A stretch of DNA of 64,000 nt. Source: Myxococcales bacterium. Lineage in GTDB: Bacteria; Myxococcota_A; Polyangia; GCA-2747355. Below, one piece after another: positions 1-14,100 of this stretch (position 1 is the stretch's first letter; the number at the start of each line of letters is the position of its first letter). The stretch is from contig JAGQIK010000362.1 in assembly GCA_020431405.1 (NCBI GenBank), positions 9,858-73,857 on the forward strand, in the 5' to 3' direction. Below the pieces are notes generated by a model that saw only the letters and a list, made by a program, of their open reading frames with translations, made no database searches and was not told the origin of the DNA. The position numbers and the translations under genes are program-made.

Positions 1-1
1 C

Positions 2-817
2 CAGCCGGAGCCCGAGCCCGAGCCCGAGCCCGAGCCGGAGCCGGAGGAGCCCGAGCCCGAGCCCGCTGCCAGCGTCGCGGAGGCCGAGGAGGCCGCAGCG
101 ACAGCGCCGCCCGCCGATGCCGAAGGCATCGGGGTTCCCGAGGAGCCCGCGCCATCTGCTCGGCCGCCGCTGCGCTCGGGTGGGCTGCAAGCCGTTATCA
201 CCGCCGAGATCCCCCGTTTGCCCAAGCGGCCCGAGCGGTCCGCGGGTGAGCTGTTCGGGTTGGCCGTGCTGTGGCTGCTCGTGGTGGCTGGGGCGGGGTT
301 GGCCGTCTATCGCGTTGCCGCTGGGCATTGGCCTTGGCGTGCCTCGGATGACGGCGCAGCTGCCACCGGCGTTGGCCAGCTGACCATCGACACGGATCCG
401 CCTGCCGCGGCGCTGCATGTCGACCACGTGCTGCACGATCGCCGCACGCCGCTGACGCTCGAGCTGGCGCGCGGCCGCCCCTACGATCTCGCGCTGCACA
501 AGCCTGGCTATCAGCCATGGCGCCAGCGCATCACCTTGCGTGCTGGCGAGTCAAAACGCGTGCTAAGGGTGCGACTCGTGCGCGGCGCGGGGGGCACGCT
601 GCGCGTGACGACGACCAGCAGAGCTGACTTCTATTTGAATTCCAGGCTCATCGCGCGACAGGCGCTTTCGGCCGAGGTGGCGGGGATCAAGGCTGGCGTC
701 GATCACGAGCTGCGCGTCTCGGCGCCAGGCCACAAGACTGTGGTACGCAAGGTGCGAGTCGAGGTAGGAAAGGTGCGAACGATCCCCCTCGAGCTCGAGG
801 TCGAAGGAACGCCATGA
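2..817 (+). CDS. 5'-truncated CDS. The open frame runs from the window edge: a (Pro-Glu)n acidic repeat linker, then a hydrophobic segment, then a PEGA domain at the C-terminus.
   Basis: Frame 2 is open from nt 2 with no stop. It encodes QPEPEPEPEPEPEPEEPEPEP..., then LFGLAVLWLLVVAGAGLAVY (TM-like), then a PEGA-like beta-sandwich sequence. The track's M at 218 is a TTG inside this longer frame. Confidence 0.5.
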   Translation, partial: QPEPEPEPEPEPEPEEPEPEPAASVAEAEEAAATAPPADAEGIGVPEEPAPSARPPLRSGGLQAVITAEIPRLPKRPERSAGELFGLAVLWLLVVAGAGLAVYRVAAGHWPWRASDDGAAATGVGQLTIDTDPPAAALHVDHVLHDRRTPLTLELARGRPYDLALHKPGYQPWRQRITLRAGESKRVLRVRLVRGAGGTLRVTTTSRADFYLNSRLIARQALSAEVAGIKAGVDHELRVSAPGHKTVVRKVRVEVGKVRTIPLELEVEGTP

Positions 818-1626
818 GCCGCAGTCTGTCCCTCATCCCGATCTTCGCGTCGCTGGCGCTCGCGCTCGGCGCCTGCGGCAGCACGACGCAAAAGCGCTCC
901 ACGCGACCGGTCTCGTACAGCAACACCGCGCGCGCCAACTACAAGAAAGGCATGGCGGAGCTCAAGGACGAGAACTTCCTCGAGGCGCTCAAGTACTTCC
1001 GCTTCGTCAAGAACAAGTACCCGTTCTCGCGCTTCGCCACGCTCGCCGAGCTGCGCATGGCCGACGCCTACTACGCGCAGGAGAAGTACCTGCAGGCTGT
1101 CGACGCCTACAAGCTGTTCATCAAGTTCCACCCCACCCACCCGCGCGTGATCGACGGCTACGCCGCGTATCGAGTCTGCGCCGGATACGTCAAACAGATC
1201 CCGAGCGACTGGTGGCTGCTGCCGCCGAGCTACGAGAAGGACCAGTCGTCGACGCGCGACGCCGTGCGCGAGCTCGCGATCTTCTTGCGCATGCACCCGC
1301 GCAGCAAGTACCTCGACAAGGTCAAGAAGCTCTACCGCGACTGCGTACGCAAGCTCGCCGACCACGAGCTCTACGTCGCGCGCTTCTACCTCGCGCGCGA
1401 CAAGCCGAAGGCCACGATCCTGCGACTCGAAGCGGTGCTGCGTCGCTTCCCACAGGCAGGTGTTCACCCCGAGGTGATGCTGCTGCTCGGCAAGACCTAC
1501 ATGAAGCTCAACAAGCGCGACAAAGCGCGCGAGACGTTCGCGCAGCTCGTGGCGAAGTATCCCAAGGACCACTACGCGGCGAAGGCGCGCCTGTACTTGC
1601 GCTACCTGGACCAGCAGAAGAACTGA
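814..1626 (+). CDS. bamD: Outer-membrane lipoprotein with TPR-like repeats, BamD/YfiO-like (outer membrane protein assembly factor).
   Basis: Lipobox signal peptide (LALALGAC). Size is about 270 aa. The YPFSRFATLAELRMADAYY and KYPKDHYAAKARLYL motifs are typical of BamD/ComL. Start overlaps the upstream stop (ATGA). Confidence 0.5.
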   Translation: MSRSLSLIPIFASLALALGACGSTTQKRSTRPVSYSNTARANYKKGMAELKDENFLEALKYFRFVKNKYPFSRFATLAELRMADAYYAQEKYLQAVDAYKLFIKFHPTHPRVIDGYAAYRVCAGYVKQIPSDWWLLPPSYEKDQSSTRDAVRELAIFLRMHPRSKYLDKVKKLYRDCVRKLADHELYVARFYLARDKPKATILRLEAVLRRFPQAGVHPEVMLLLGKTYMKLNKRDKARETFAQLVAKYPKDHYAAKARLYLRYLDQQKN

Positions 1627-1632
1627 CGGGCG

Positions 1633-2418
1633 ATGGACGAGAAGATCAAACACATGCTCTCGCTCGGTAGAGAGCACTTCGAGAGCGGAGAGTACGATCG
1701 GGCGGAGAAGCTGCTCACGCAGGTGATCCGCGAGAACCGCAGCTTCGCAGACGTGCACAACATGCTCGGTGTGATCTTCCACGACCAGGGCCGCTTCACG
1801 CAGGCGCAGGAGTGCTTCGAGCGCGCGCTCGACATCAACCCGTCCTACACCGACGCGGCGCTCAACCTCGCCGTGACCTACAACGACCTCGGTCGCTACG
1901 CCGACGCCAAGCGCGTCTACAGCGCGGCGATGGAGCGCTGTCGCACGCAGCCGCGATCGCTCGACCCGTTTGCCAAGGGCAAGATCGCGAACATGCACGC
2001 CGACCTCGGCGACGCATATCACGGCATCGCGTTCTTCGCCGAGGCCGTGCGCGAGTACAACCACGCGCTCTCGCTCTGCCCGACGTTCGTCGATATCCGC
2101 ACCAAGCTCGCCAACACGCTGCGCGACATGGGCGACCACAGCACCGCGATCAGCGAATACCGCGACGCCGTCGCCACCAACCCCGACTACGTGCCAGCGC
2201 GACTGCAGCTCGGCGTGACGCTCTACTCGGCCGGCGACAAGCAGAAGGCCATCGACGAGTGGCACGCCGTGCTCAAGCGCGATCCCGACAACCGCAACGC
2301 CAAGATGTATCTGCGGATGGTCGGCGAGAGCGACGTGTATCCGGCGGTGTCGGGCGACGCGGGGGCTGGCGACGACGGGGCAGGTGACGACGCGGCAGTC
2401 GAGGGCGACGGCGAGTAG
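1633..2418 (+). CDS. TPR repeat protein.
   Basis: Multiple 34-aa TPR-like repeats (…AxxxYxxAL.xxP…). ATG start 7 nt after the upstream gene. Acidic Gly/Asp-rich C-terminus. Confidence 0.55.
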   Translation: MDEKIKHMLSLGREHFESGEYDRAEKLLTQVIRENRSFADVHNMLGVIFHDQGRFTQAQECFERALDINPSYTDAALNLAVTYNDLGRYADAKRVYSAAMERCRTQPRSLDPFAKGKIANMHADLGDAYHGIAFFAEAVREYNHALSLCPTFVDIRTKLANTLRDMGDHSTAISEYRDAVATNPDYVPARLQLGVTLYSAGDKQKAIDEWHAVLKRDPDNRNAKMYLRMVGESDVYPAVSGDAGAGDDGAGDDAAVEGDGE

Positions 2419-2426
2419 TTGGCGCG

Positions 2427-4216
<1,790 letters not shown>

Positions 4217-4594
4217 TTCCTCGGTTTGACGCTAGCGCGCCTGAAACGTGGCTCTCGGGCCACGCGTGCTCCGCAGCTTGGCTGTGGTGAGCAGCACGCA
4301 AGTCGTGCTGCTGGGCGTCTTCGAGTCGAGCTGCAGGAGATGCCGAAGTGCTCGGCTCGAATTCGACCGCGTCAGCGGGCGAATCAATGTGAATCCGCTC
4401 GGGCGATGCTCAATGCCCAGAGAGCACTGTTCGCGAGGCTCCGCCCCTAACTCCCATCAGAGTGACCCATTGTCACAACCAACGTCAAGACCAGAACGTC
4501 CACACGGCGCTTTTGAGCGGCTCACAGCGTGCTCTGCTGTACAGTTTCAACGGGCTATGGAATAATGGCGCCAAACACCACTCAAGGGGTCTTA

Positions 4595-6649
<2,055 letters not shown>

Positions 6650-6653
6650 GACG

Positions 6654-7526
6654 CTACTTCACGTAGCGCAGCCGGTACTTCGCCGAGCTGCGCACCAGCT
6701 TCGAGCGCGTGGCCTTGAGGATTTGCTGCAAGGCCGCGCGCTGCCGCTTGTTCGAAAAGCCCTGCAGCCACGAGATGGCGTTGGAGCGCGTCGTCTCGCG
6801 GCCCTTGTTGCCGCTGATAAAGCGCACGATCTCCGGTATCACCGATGTCTCGCCGGCGCGGCCGAGCGTCGTGTAGGCGGCGAGACGTGTGTTGCCGTCG
6901 CGGCTGACGCGCGCGATGCGCTTGAGCTGCGCCACGACCGCCGCGCGCGGCGCTGCGCGCTGGCGCAGCGCATCGGCCAGCAGCCACGCTGTCTTGGCGC
7001 AGCGCTGGGTGCAGGCGGCCAGCTGCAGCATCAGCACGCGCGCCACGCGAGCCTCGTCCGAAGCGCCGCGCGCGCGTGCGAGCAGCGCGCGTGCCTTGCC
7101 GAGCAGCGCGCGGTCGAAGCTCGGCGGCGGGTCCTCGGGCGCGACGAGGCTCAGGCCGTTCGATCCGGCGCCCGCGTCGCGCAGCCACACCAAGCGCAGC
7201 GCGCCGACCGGCAGCGGTGCGAAGTGATAGCCGTTGAGCTGCGGCCCGCGCTGCGGCACCAAGGCGAAAGCGCGAAACGTGATCATCCGCCCGCGGCGGC
7301 TGCCTTTCACGGAGAGCTCGACGCGCGCGCGAACCTCGATGGGATAGCGTCCGCCCGCGGTCGTGGGCCCAGCACGTTTCTTGGCGCGGATCGCGACGAC
7401 GGCCACCACGCGCGCGCCGCGCGTCGAGCTGAGGTTGAGCCCCTCGTGAAGGCGGGCGTCGGCGCTGTGTGGGATCGCGACGGCGAGCGCCGCGACGACG
7501 ATGACGACGGGGATGTGACGGGACAT
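6654..7526 (-). CDS. Hypothetical secreted protein.
   Basis: 290-aa ORF with an N-terminal signal peptide (MSRHIPVVIVVAALAVAIPHSADA). No recognised catalytic motif. Confidence 0.4.
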   Translation of the reverse strand: MSRHIPVVIVVAALAVAIPHSADARLHEGLNLSSTRGARVVAVVAIRAKKRAGPTTAGGRYPIEVRARVELSVKGSRRGRMITFRAFALVPQRGPQLNGYHFAPLPVGALRLVWLRDAGAGSNGLSLVAPEDPPPSFDRALLGKARALLARARGASDEARVARVLMLQLAACTQRCAKTAWLLADALRQRAAPRAAVVAQLKRIARVSRDGNTRLAAYTTLGRAGETSVIPEIVRFISGNKGRETTRSNAISWLQGFSNKRQRAALQQILKATRSKLVRSSAKYRLRYVK

Positions 7527-7539
7527 ATTCTGCTGGGCG

Positions 7540-9651
7540 CTAGTTGATCGACTTGCAGGGCAGCGGCGCGAGGGCGGTCTCGTTGTTCATCTCGTCGCAC
7601 TCGTTGATCGCGCCGTTGCCGCTGCCGTCGTCGTCGACGACCACGACGAGATCGATGCTCTGATTGTTGCCCACGCCGGCCGGCCGCGGCACGTCGAAGG
7701 TGACCGTCTCGCTCTGGCCGGGATCGATGGTGGTGGTCGTCTGCACCGTCGCCAGCGCGGCGCGCGTGCCGCCGCTCTGAACGTGATAGAGCGTGACGTT
7801 GACGCCCGGCGTGACGCGCGCGGCGCCGCGGTTTTGCACGTCGAAGCTGACCGTCACGCGCGTGCCGCACTGCGACGCGCCAGCGCTGCCGCTCAGATCC
7901 GGTGCGTCGAACAGCCCGCCCGGCTGCACGTTCTGGCGGAAGTTGTTGAGGTGCGGGTTTGCCCAGTTGCGGTCGGGTTTGGCCGGGATCGTGCCATCCT
8001 CGTTGACGTTGGTGACGTGGTAGGTGTGCTGATTCCAGATGCGGCGCGTGCGAACCCAATTGTTCTTGCTGTCGCCGAAGACCTTGATGCCCGTCGACGA
8101 GGGTTTGCCGTCGGAGCAGGTCTTGAAGGCGTAGTTGTTGTTTGCGACGACGATCTCGGCGTGGTCGTCGTTGTCGACGTCGACGATCAGCGGATACTCG
8201 CGCAGCGTGCCTGACGTGTTGCAGGTCGACCACAGCACCTTGCCGGTCTTGCCCTCGTAGATGCGCAGCTCGTGCTCGTCGGAGTAGACCACCTCGGCGC
8301 TGCCGTCGCCTTCGAAGTCGAACACGGACGAGCCGGTCACGCGCGAGCTGAGGTCCTTGGTCGCCTTGAACCACTTCGGTGATCCGTCGTTTTCGAAGAC
8401 GACGTAGCCCCAGCCGCCGGCGGTGGCGATCTCGGGCTTACCGTCGCCGTCGAAGTCGGCGATGGTGGGCGGTCCGCCGCCGCAGTGATCGCACTTGTCG
8501 GTGCCGGTGGCCTGGCCCTGGTTGATGTCCACTGGTCCCCACACCGCGCTGCCGTCGCCGCGATGTGCATAAAGCGCGTGCTCCGAGTTGACCGCGACGA
8601 CGATCTCGGGTTTGCCGTCGCCGTCGAGGTCGGCGATGGCGGGGAAACCGTCGGCGTGGGCCGTGGTCTCCCACTGCACCTTGCCGTCGTGCGAGACGAT
8701 GGCGTTGCCGCCGACGATCTCGGGCATGCCGTCGTGGTCGACATCGGCCACGGCGGTGTAAACGCAGCCGGCGCGTGCGGTGAAGATCGTCGCGCCGGTG
8801 GCGCCGTCGAGCGCGCTGTAGCAGGTCACGACCTCGGGCTTGCCGTCGCCGTCGAGGTCGGCGATGGCGGGTGCCGTGCAGGCCAGGTCGCTCTGCCACT
8901 TGAACGTGCCGTCGTTTTCGAAGGCCAGCACGCCGCCGCCCGAGCGGCAGGCGACGATCTCGGGCTTGCCGTCGCCGTCGATGTCGCCGATGGCGATTTC
9001 GGTGCCGGGCGCCGTGCGATAGGCGGCGGCCGTGATCGAGAAGTGGTCGCCTTTGCCGTCGCCGCTGATCACGCGCAGCACGCCATCGGACTTGTAGTTG
9101 CCGCCGGCGAAGGTGTGAAAGACGATGTCCGGCACGTCGTTCTGGTCGATCTTGCCGTCGTTGTTGTCGTCGGTGAGGTTGGCCACCATCGGCGTCATCA
9201 TCACTTGGTTGTAGGTCGGCGCCGCGTTGCTGCCGGTCCAGGCCCATTTGAGCTTCGGCGCGAAGACGCCCGTAGGTGGCCGGTACTCGCAGACGTTGGC
9301 GCCGGGCACGCAGCGGCCGCGCGTGTCATCGCAGAAAAAGCCCGTCGGGCAGGGCCACAGCGGTCCGCACTGCGGGCCGAGGGTCTCGCACTTGTCGGCA
9401 ACGCAGGCCTGGTCGGCCGTGCAGCAGGTGTTGCCGCAGGTCGGTGGCCCGCCCTGGCAGCTGGCGCCGCCGCCGTCGCCCGCGCCGCCGTCGCCGACGG
9501 GGGTCAGGCCGTCTTGGAACCCGACGCCGCCGTCGCCGTTGCCGCCGCCATCGGGGCAGCTGGGGCCGCTGCAGGTGTTGACGGTTCCGCTGTCGCAGGC
9601 CGGCAGGCACAGCAGCGCAGCGAGGACGAAGCAACCCAGCGTAGCTCGCAT
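7540..9651 (-). CDS. FG-GAP repeat (integrin-alpha-like beta-propeller) lipoprotein with a Cys-rich N-terminal region.
   Basis: Lipobox LLCLPAC. Repeated IADLDGDGKPEIV / FDGDGKPE motifs. AGAGGA Shine-Dalgarno before the ATG at 9651. Confidence 0.6.
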   Translation of the reverse strand: MRATLGCFVLAALLCLPACDSGTVNTCSGPSCPDGGGNGDGGVGFQDGLTPVGDGGAGDGGGASCQGGPPTCGNTCCTADQACVADKCETLGPQCGPLWPCPTGFFCDDTRGRCVPGANVCEYRPPTGVFAPKLKWAWTGSNAAPTYNQVMMTPMVANLTDDNNDGKIDQNDVPDIVFHTFAGGNYKSDGVLRVISGDGKGDHFSITAAAYRTAPGTEIAIGDIDGDGKPEIVACRSGGGVLAFENDGTFKWQSDLACTAPAIADLDGDGKPEVVTCYSALDGATGATIFTARAGCVYTAVADVDHDGMPEIVGGNAIVSHDGKVQWETTAHADGFPAIADLDGDGKPEIVVAVNSEHALYAHRGDGSAVWGPVDINQGQATGTDKCDHCGGGPPTIADFDGDGKPEIATAGGWGYVVFENDGSPKWFKATKDLSSRVTGSSVFDFEGDGSAEVVYSDEHELRIYEGKTGKVLWSTCNTSGTLREYPLIVDVDNDDHAEIVVANNNYAFKTCSDGKPSSTGIKVFGDSKNNWVRTRRIWNQHTYHVTNVNEDGTIPAKPDRNWANPHLNNFRQNVQPGGLFDAPDLSGSAGASQCGTRVTVSFDVQNRGAARVTPGVNVTLYHVQSGGTRAALATVQTTTTIDPGQSETVTFDVPRPAGVGNNQSIDLVVVVDDDGSGNGAINECDEMNNETALAPLPCKSIN

Positions 9652-9727
9652 GGCGGTCCTCTTTGCACAGCTGGGGCCAGTCAAGCCAGCCTTAAATGCG
9701 TGAAATCGCGCAGGCCGGTCGGGTCAG

Positions 9728-10942
9728 CTATCCCCCCTGGGGCTTGGACAACGCACCCCAGAGGATCTCGTAGAGCGCTGGATTCGTTTCGTGAAGCAGC
9801 CGCGGGTCGCCGAGCTTGTGCACGCTCGTCGGGTAGATGACCTCGCAGTCGACCTCGCGCAGGTAGTAGTGCGGGCGCCGAATGTCGGGTCGCGCGGTCC
9901 ACGTCGTCTCGTCGTTGGGGTTGTAGTAGACGCTGGCCACGCGGATGCGCTCGTGATCGAGGTTTCGGCGCAGCAGCTCCTTGAGGTGCGTGATGACGTT
10001 GTTGACCAGCCGCCCCGCGCGAAACGTCGTGTCGATGATCAGGATGTTGTCGTCGCGGTTGATGCGCTCTTCGAGGTAGTGCACGCCGACGATCTCGTCT
10101 TGGTAGCTCACGCGCGTCGAGAGCGTGTTGAGCGAGATGTGGTCGGGCGCCGGCCGCGTCGAGCCGCGCTTCTTCTGCGTGTACTTGTAGACCTCGTGCA
10201 CCGGCAGGCCCGCCACCACGCCGCCGGGCCACAGCGCGATGAGGAAGTCGGGGCGCCAGTCGTCGTGGGCGATGTTGACGCCGAGACGAATGCAGTCGTG
10301 CAGCAGCTCGGTGGCTGTGGGCGCGAAGTAGCCGCCGGAACGCTCGAGCTTGGTCGGCGCCGTCGGGCCGGCGCGCAGCAGCTGCCAGATCGTCTCGCTC
10401 TTGGCCTTGATCAGCGCGTCGTCGGGGTCGTCGGCGCTGACCATGTCGGCGAGCTCGTGCGGGTAGTCGATCCAGATCTCGGCGTCGAGCTCGTGCACGG
10501 AGATGATCGGCAGCTCGTCGTACTTCATCGCGCCCGGCTTGTGGTGCACGGTGGCGACGCGAATGTCGCGCGGCGCGTTGGCGCGCGCTCGCTCGCGCAG
10601 CACCTCGACGATGCGCTTGATCGTGTTGCCCGACTCGTAGACGTCGTCGATGATCAGCAGCCCATCTTCGGGGCAGATCACGCGCGCGAGATGCTCGAGG
10701 TTCTTGACGGTGACCTGCCCTTGCTGGCCCATGCCCGTGTAGGACGCCGTAGCGATGGTGGTGTGGCTGATGTGCACCCCGCGGCTGCGGAAGTAGGCGT
10801 CGACGCCGAGACCCACCGGCGTGCCGCCGCGCCAGATCGAGATCGCGTGCTTGGGACGGAACCCCTGCTCGTAGATGCGCTGGCCGAGGCGGAAGGTGTC
10901 GAGGAGAAACTCGTCAGGATCGATGTGCATCATCTTGGGCAT
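9728..10942 (-). CDS. Protein with two tandem phosphoribosyltransferase (PRTase type I) domains.
   Basis: Two PRPP-binding loops, LLIIDDVYESGNTIKR and ILIIDTTFRAGRLVNN. About 404 aa in total. Confidence 0.55.
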   Translation of the reverse strand: MPKMMHIDPDEFLLDTFRLGQRIYEQGFRPKHAISIWRGGTPVGLGVDAYFRSRGVHISHTTIATASYTGMGQQGQVTVKNLEHLARVICPEDGLLIIDDVYESGNTIKRIVEVLRERARANAPRDIRVATVHHKPGAMKYDELPIISVHELDAEIWIDYPHELADMVSADDPDDALIKAKSETIWQLLRAGPTAPTKLERSGGYFAPTATELLHDCIRLGVNIAHDDWRPDFLIALWPGGVVAGLPVHEVYKYTQKKRGSTRPAPDHISLNTLSTRVSYQDEIVGVHYLEERINRDDNILIIDTTFRAGRLVNNVITHLKELLRRNLDHERIRVASVYYNPNDETTWTARPDIRRPHYYLREVDCEVIYPTSVHKLGDPRLLHETNPALYEILWGALSKPQGG

Positions 10943-11113
10943 AGGGTCGGGAGCCTATCACCCCTCAGATTTCCGACGAGCGCGCGCTGCCGCCGCGCGG
11001 AATTTTGACCTGCCGCCCCTCGAAATCACAGCGTTTGTCTGTGCCAGCGCGAAGGTACGGCGCTTGCTTTTTCAACAGCGATGGCACCTTACGAACGCTC
11101 AAGGGGGAAGGCG

Positions 11114-14100
11114 ATGCGCCGGCATAAAGCGAGACGTTATTACCTGCCAGTAGTAGCAGGCCTGATCTTCACGCTCGTCGGGCTCGGCTGCGGCGGAAAC
11201 ATCGGCGACAACGCGCTGTCGCCCGGCCAGACCGACTTCGTCAACAACGAGCCAGGCAACGGCTACGGCAGCCCTGGCGCCTTCAACGGCGCCGAAGATC
11301 GCGGCGCCGGCGGCGCGATGGCCCCCAGCGGCCAGGCCGACTCCAACGCCAAAGGCGCCGAGCCACCCAACGGTCGCACCGGTGACGTCGAAGAAGCTGA
11401 CATCTACCGCATCGACAACAACCGCCTCTTCTACCTCAACACCTACCGCGGCTTCGTCGTCTACGACCTCAACGACCCCAAGAATCCGCGCCGCGTCGGG
11501 CGTCTGCCGGTCTTCGGCTACCCCGTCGAGATGTTCGTCAAGGGCGACACGATCTACGCGCTGCTGCGCGACGCGCTCTACCTCACGCAAGACAAGGGCA
11601 AGCTCAAGTTCGAGCGCCACAACGTCTCGCAGCTCGTCACCATCGACGTCTCCGATCTCTCGAAGCCGCGCGTGCTGAAGAAGGTCGACATCATCGGCCA
11701 GCTGCGCGAAGGCGTCTCGCGCAAGATCGAAGACACCATCTACGTCGTCAGCTACGTGCCGCAGAGCTACTACTGGGGCTGGGGCTACAACCGCAACCAG
11801 GACCAGAAAGAGCAGGCGCACGTCTACTCGTTCAACGTCGCCGACGCCAAGAATCCAGCGCTCGTCGACAAGCTCAAGCTCTTCGAAGGCGGCAGCATCC
11901 AGCTGCAGGACAAGACCACCGGCAGCTACTACACGCGCTCGTTCAACGGCGTCTCGATCTCGGCGACGTCCAACGCGCTGATGGTCGTCGAGAACTGGTA
12001 CAGCTACGGTCGCCAGAGCAGCGGCGGCAACGGCTGCTCGAGCTATCAGAGCAACCAGGACGCCACCGTCTCGATCGTCAACATCAGCGATCCGAGCGGC
12101 AAGATCTCGGTCCACACCAAGTTCCAGACCAAAGGCCACCTCACCGACCAGTTCAAGCAGACGTATATCTACGACGACGCCACCAAGACCGGCACCTACT
12201 ACGGCATCTTCGCGCGCCGCGAGTGGGGCGGATCCAACTGCAACTGGCAGTCGCAGATCCAGAACACCATCGAGAGCTGGGACGTCAGCGACGGCAAGAA
12301 CCCGCAGCGCCTCTCCGAGCTCGCCTTCGGCAAGCCCAACGAGACGGTGCGCGGCTCGACCTTCGATCCCGAGCGCAAGGTCGCCTTCGCCATCACCGCG
12401 CAGCAGATCGATCCGCTCTACGTCATCAGCTTCGCCGACCGCACCAAGCTCAAGGTGCTCTCCGAGATCGACGGCCTCTCGGGTGACATGAATGTCTTCC
12501 GCTTCATCGACAATAAGAAGTTCCTGATGGGCATCGGTCGCGACACCACCGACACCTGCAGCGGCTTCCAGAAGGACGGCGAGCGCAGGGGCACCAACGT
12601 CGCGGTCAGCATCATCGACGTGCGCGACCTCAACAACATCAAGCTCGTGCAGCGCCAGTGTGTCGCCGTGCAGAACGCGAGCTGGGTCAGCTCGGGCGTC
12701 AACAACAACCTCGATCAGGCGCACAAGATGATCGGCATGTTCTCCGACGGCCGCGTCAACGCCGTCACCGTGCCGGTCTACTACTACGTCAAGAACGAGG
12801 ACAACCCGAGCTGGTGGTACTACCGCTACGAGACCGCCATCGGCGTGATGACCTGGGACACGAGCAAATACGATCCCAACAAGAGCCACACCGAGCAGAC
12901 CGTGCTGCAGAACTACGGCACGATCATCCACCACAACGGCCAGGTGCGTCGCTCGATCGTCTTCACCCACAAGGGCCAGAGCGACCGCCGTATGGTGGTC
13001 AACCTCTCCGACACGCACATCTCCATCGCCGACATCGAAGACCTCGATCACCCGCAGGTGCTCTCCACCGTCGAGCTGGCGCCGTACTACTCGCAGCTCT
13101 ACAAGTTCGGCCAGTACCTCGTCGAGCAGGTCACCTCCGGCGCCTACGGCTACGAGGCGCGCACCGAGTTCCGCGTCAAGCGCGCGGGCGCCGACCTCGA
13201 GTCGCGCTCGGTGGTGGCGCGCTTCTCGGTCGGCCAGGTGCAGCGCGCGATCAAGCACGGCGACAACCTGGTGCTCTTCCGCACGGTGCAGGAGAACAAC
13301 AACCAGCCCTACTACTACCGCACCAGCACCGAGGTGCTCGTCTACGATCTGAGCGACCCGGCGGCGCCGCGCCGCGCCGGCTCGGTCAAGCTCACCGGCT
13401 CGATCCTGCCTTACTACTACTACTGGTGCGGCGTGGGCGGCTTCTGGGGCGGCTATTGGTTCGACGACAACAGCCGCAACTGGGTCTCGACCAAGACCGG
13501 CATCACGTTCCTGTCGTACTTCTACGACTACCAGAAGGGCACGTCGTCACGGCGGCTGTACTTCCTCGACCTGCAGAACAACCAGGCGCCGGCCGTCACC
13601 AACTATGCGCTGACCACGGCGCAGAGCTGGTCGTTCCTCGGCCTCGCGCCCGACCCGGTGGAGCCCACCGCGTTCTACCTGACCTACCGCACGCACATCG
13701 GTCAGAACAAGATCGGCAACACCACGTTCAGCGTCTTCAAGTACTACGCGCAGCGCTGGGGACGTCGCGGCGGCAAGTGGACCGGTCTCGAGTCGATCAA
13801 CCTGCCGGGCCGCCTGATCCGCACCTGGGCCACCAAGCAGGGACAGCGCATGTTCTTGGCACACGACTACACCTATCGTCCCTACGTCAACCCCAACAAC
13901 CCGCAGTACACCTCCTGGCAGCCCGACTTCCGTCTGAGCCTGCTGCGCGAGACGCAGCTGCTCGGCCAGCCTGTCGCCGAGCTGCTCGACTGGCACAACT
14001 TCGCCGACTTCTATCTCAAGGATCTGGTCATCGACGGCGACAAGATCTTCGTCAACGCGCACCGCAGCTACAGCTACGCGCAGAAGAACAACCTGCAGTG

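Noticed and set aside
703-2265. 520-aa minus-strand ORF spanning the BamD-like and TPR genes.
   Set aside because: It is antisense to two well-supported plus-strand genes. Its composition is Arg/Ala/Val-rich with no motifs, which is a typical GC-rich shadow ORF. The same applies to 2223..3608(-), 4673..6541(-), 8438..9247(-), 8485..9840(+), 9791..11008(+), 11099..13258(-), 12658..14241(+), 14513..15523(-), 36438..37586(+), 37726..38442(-), 53143..53889(-) and 53292..54209(+).
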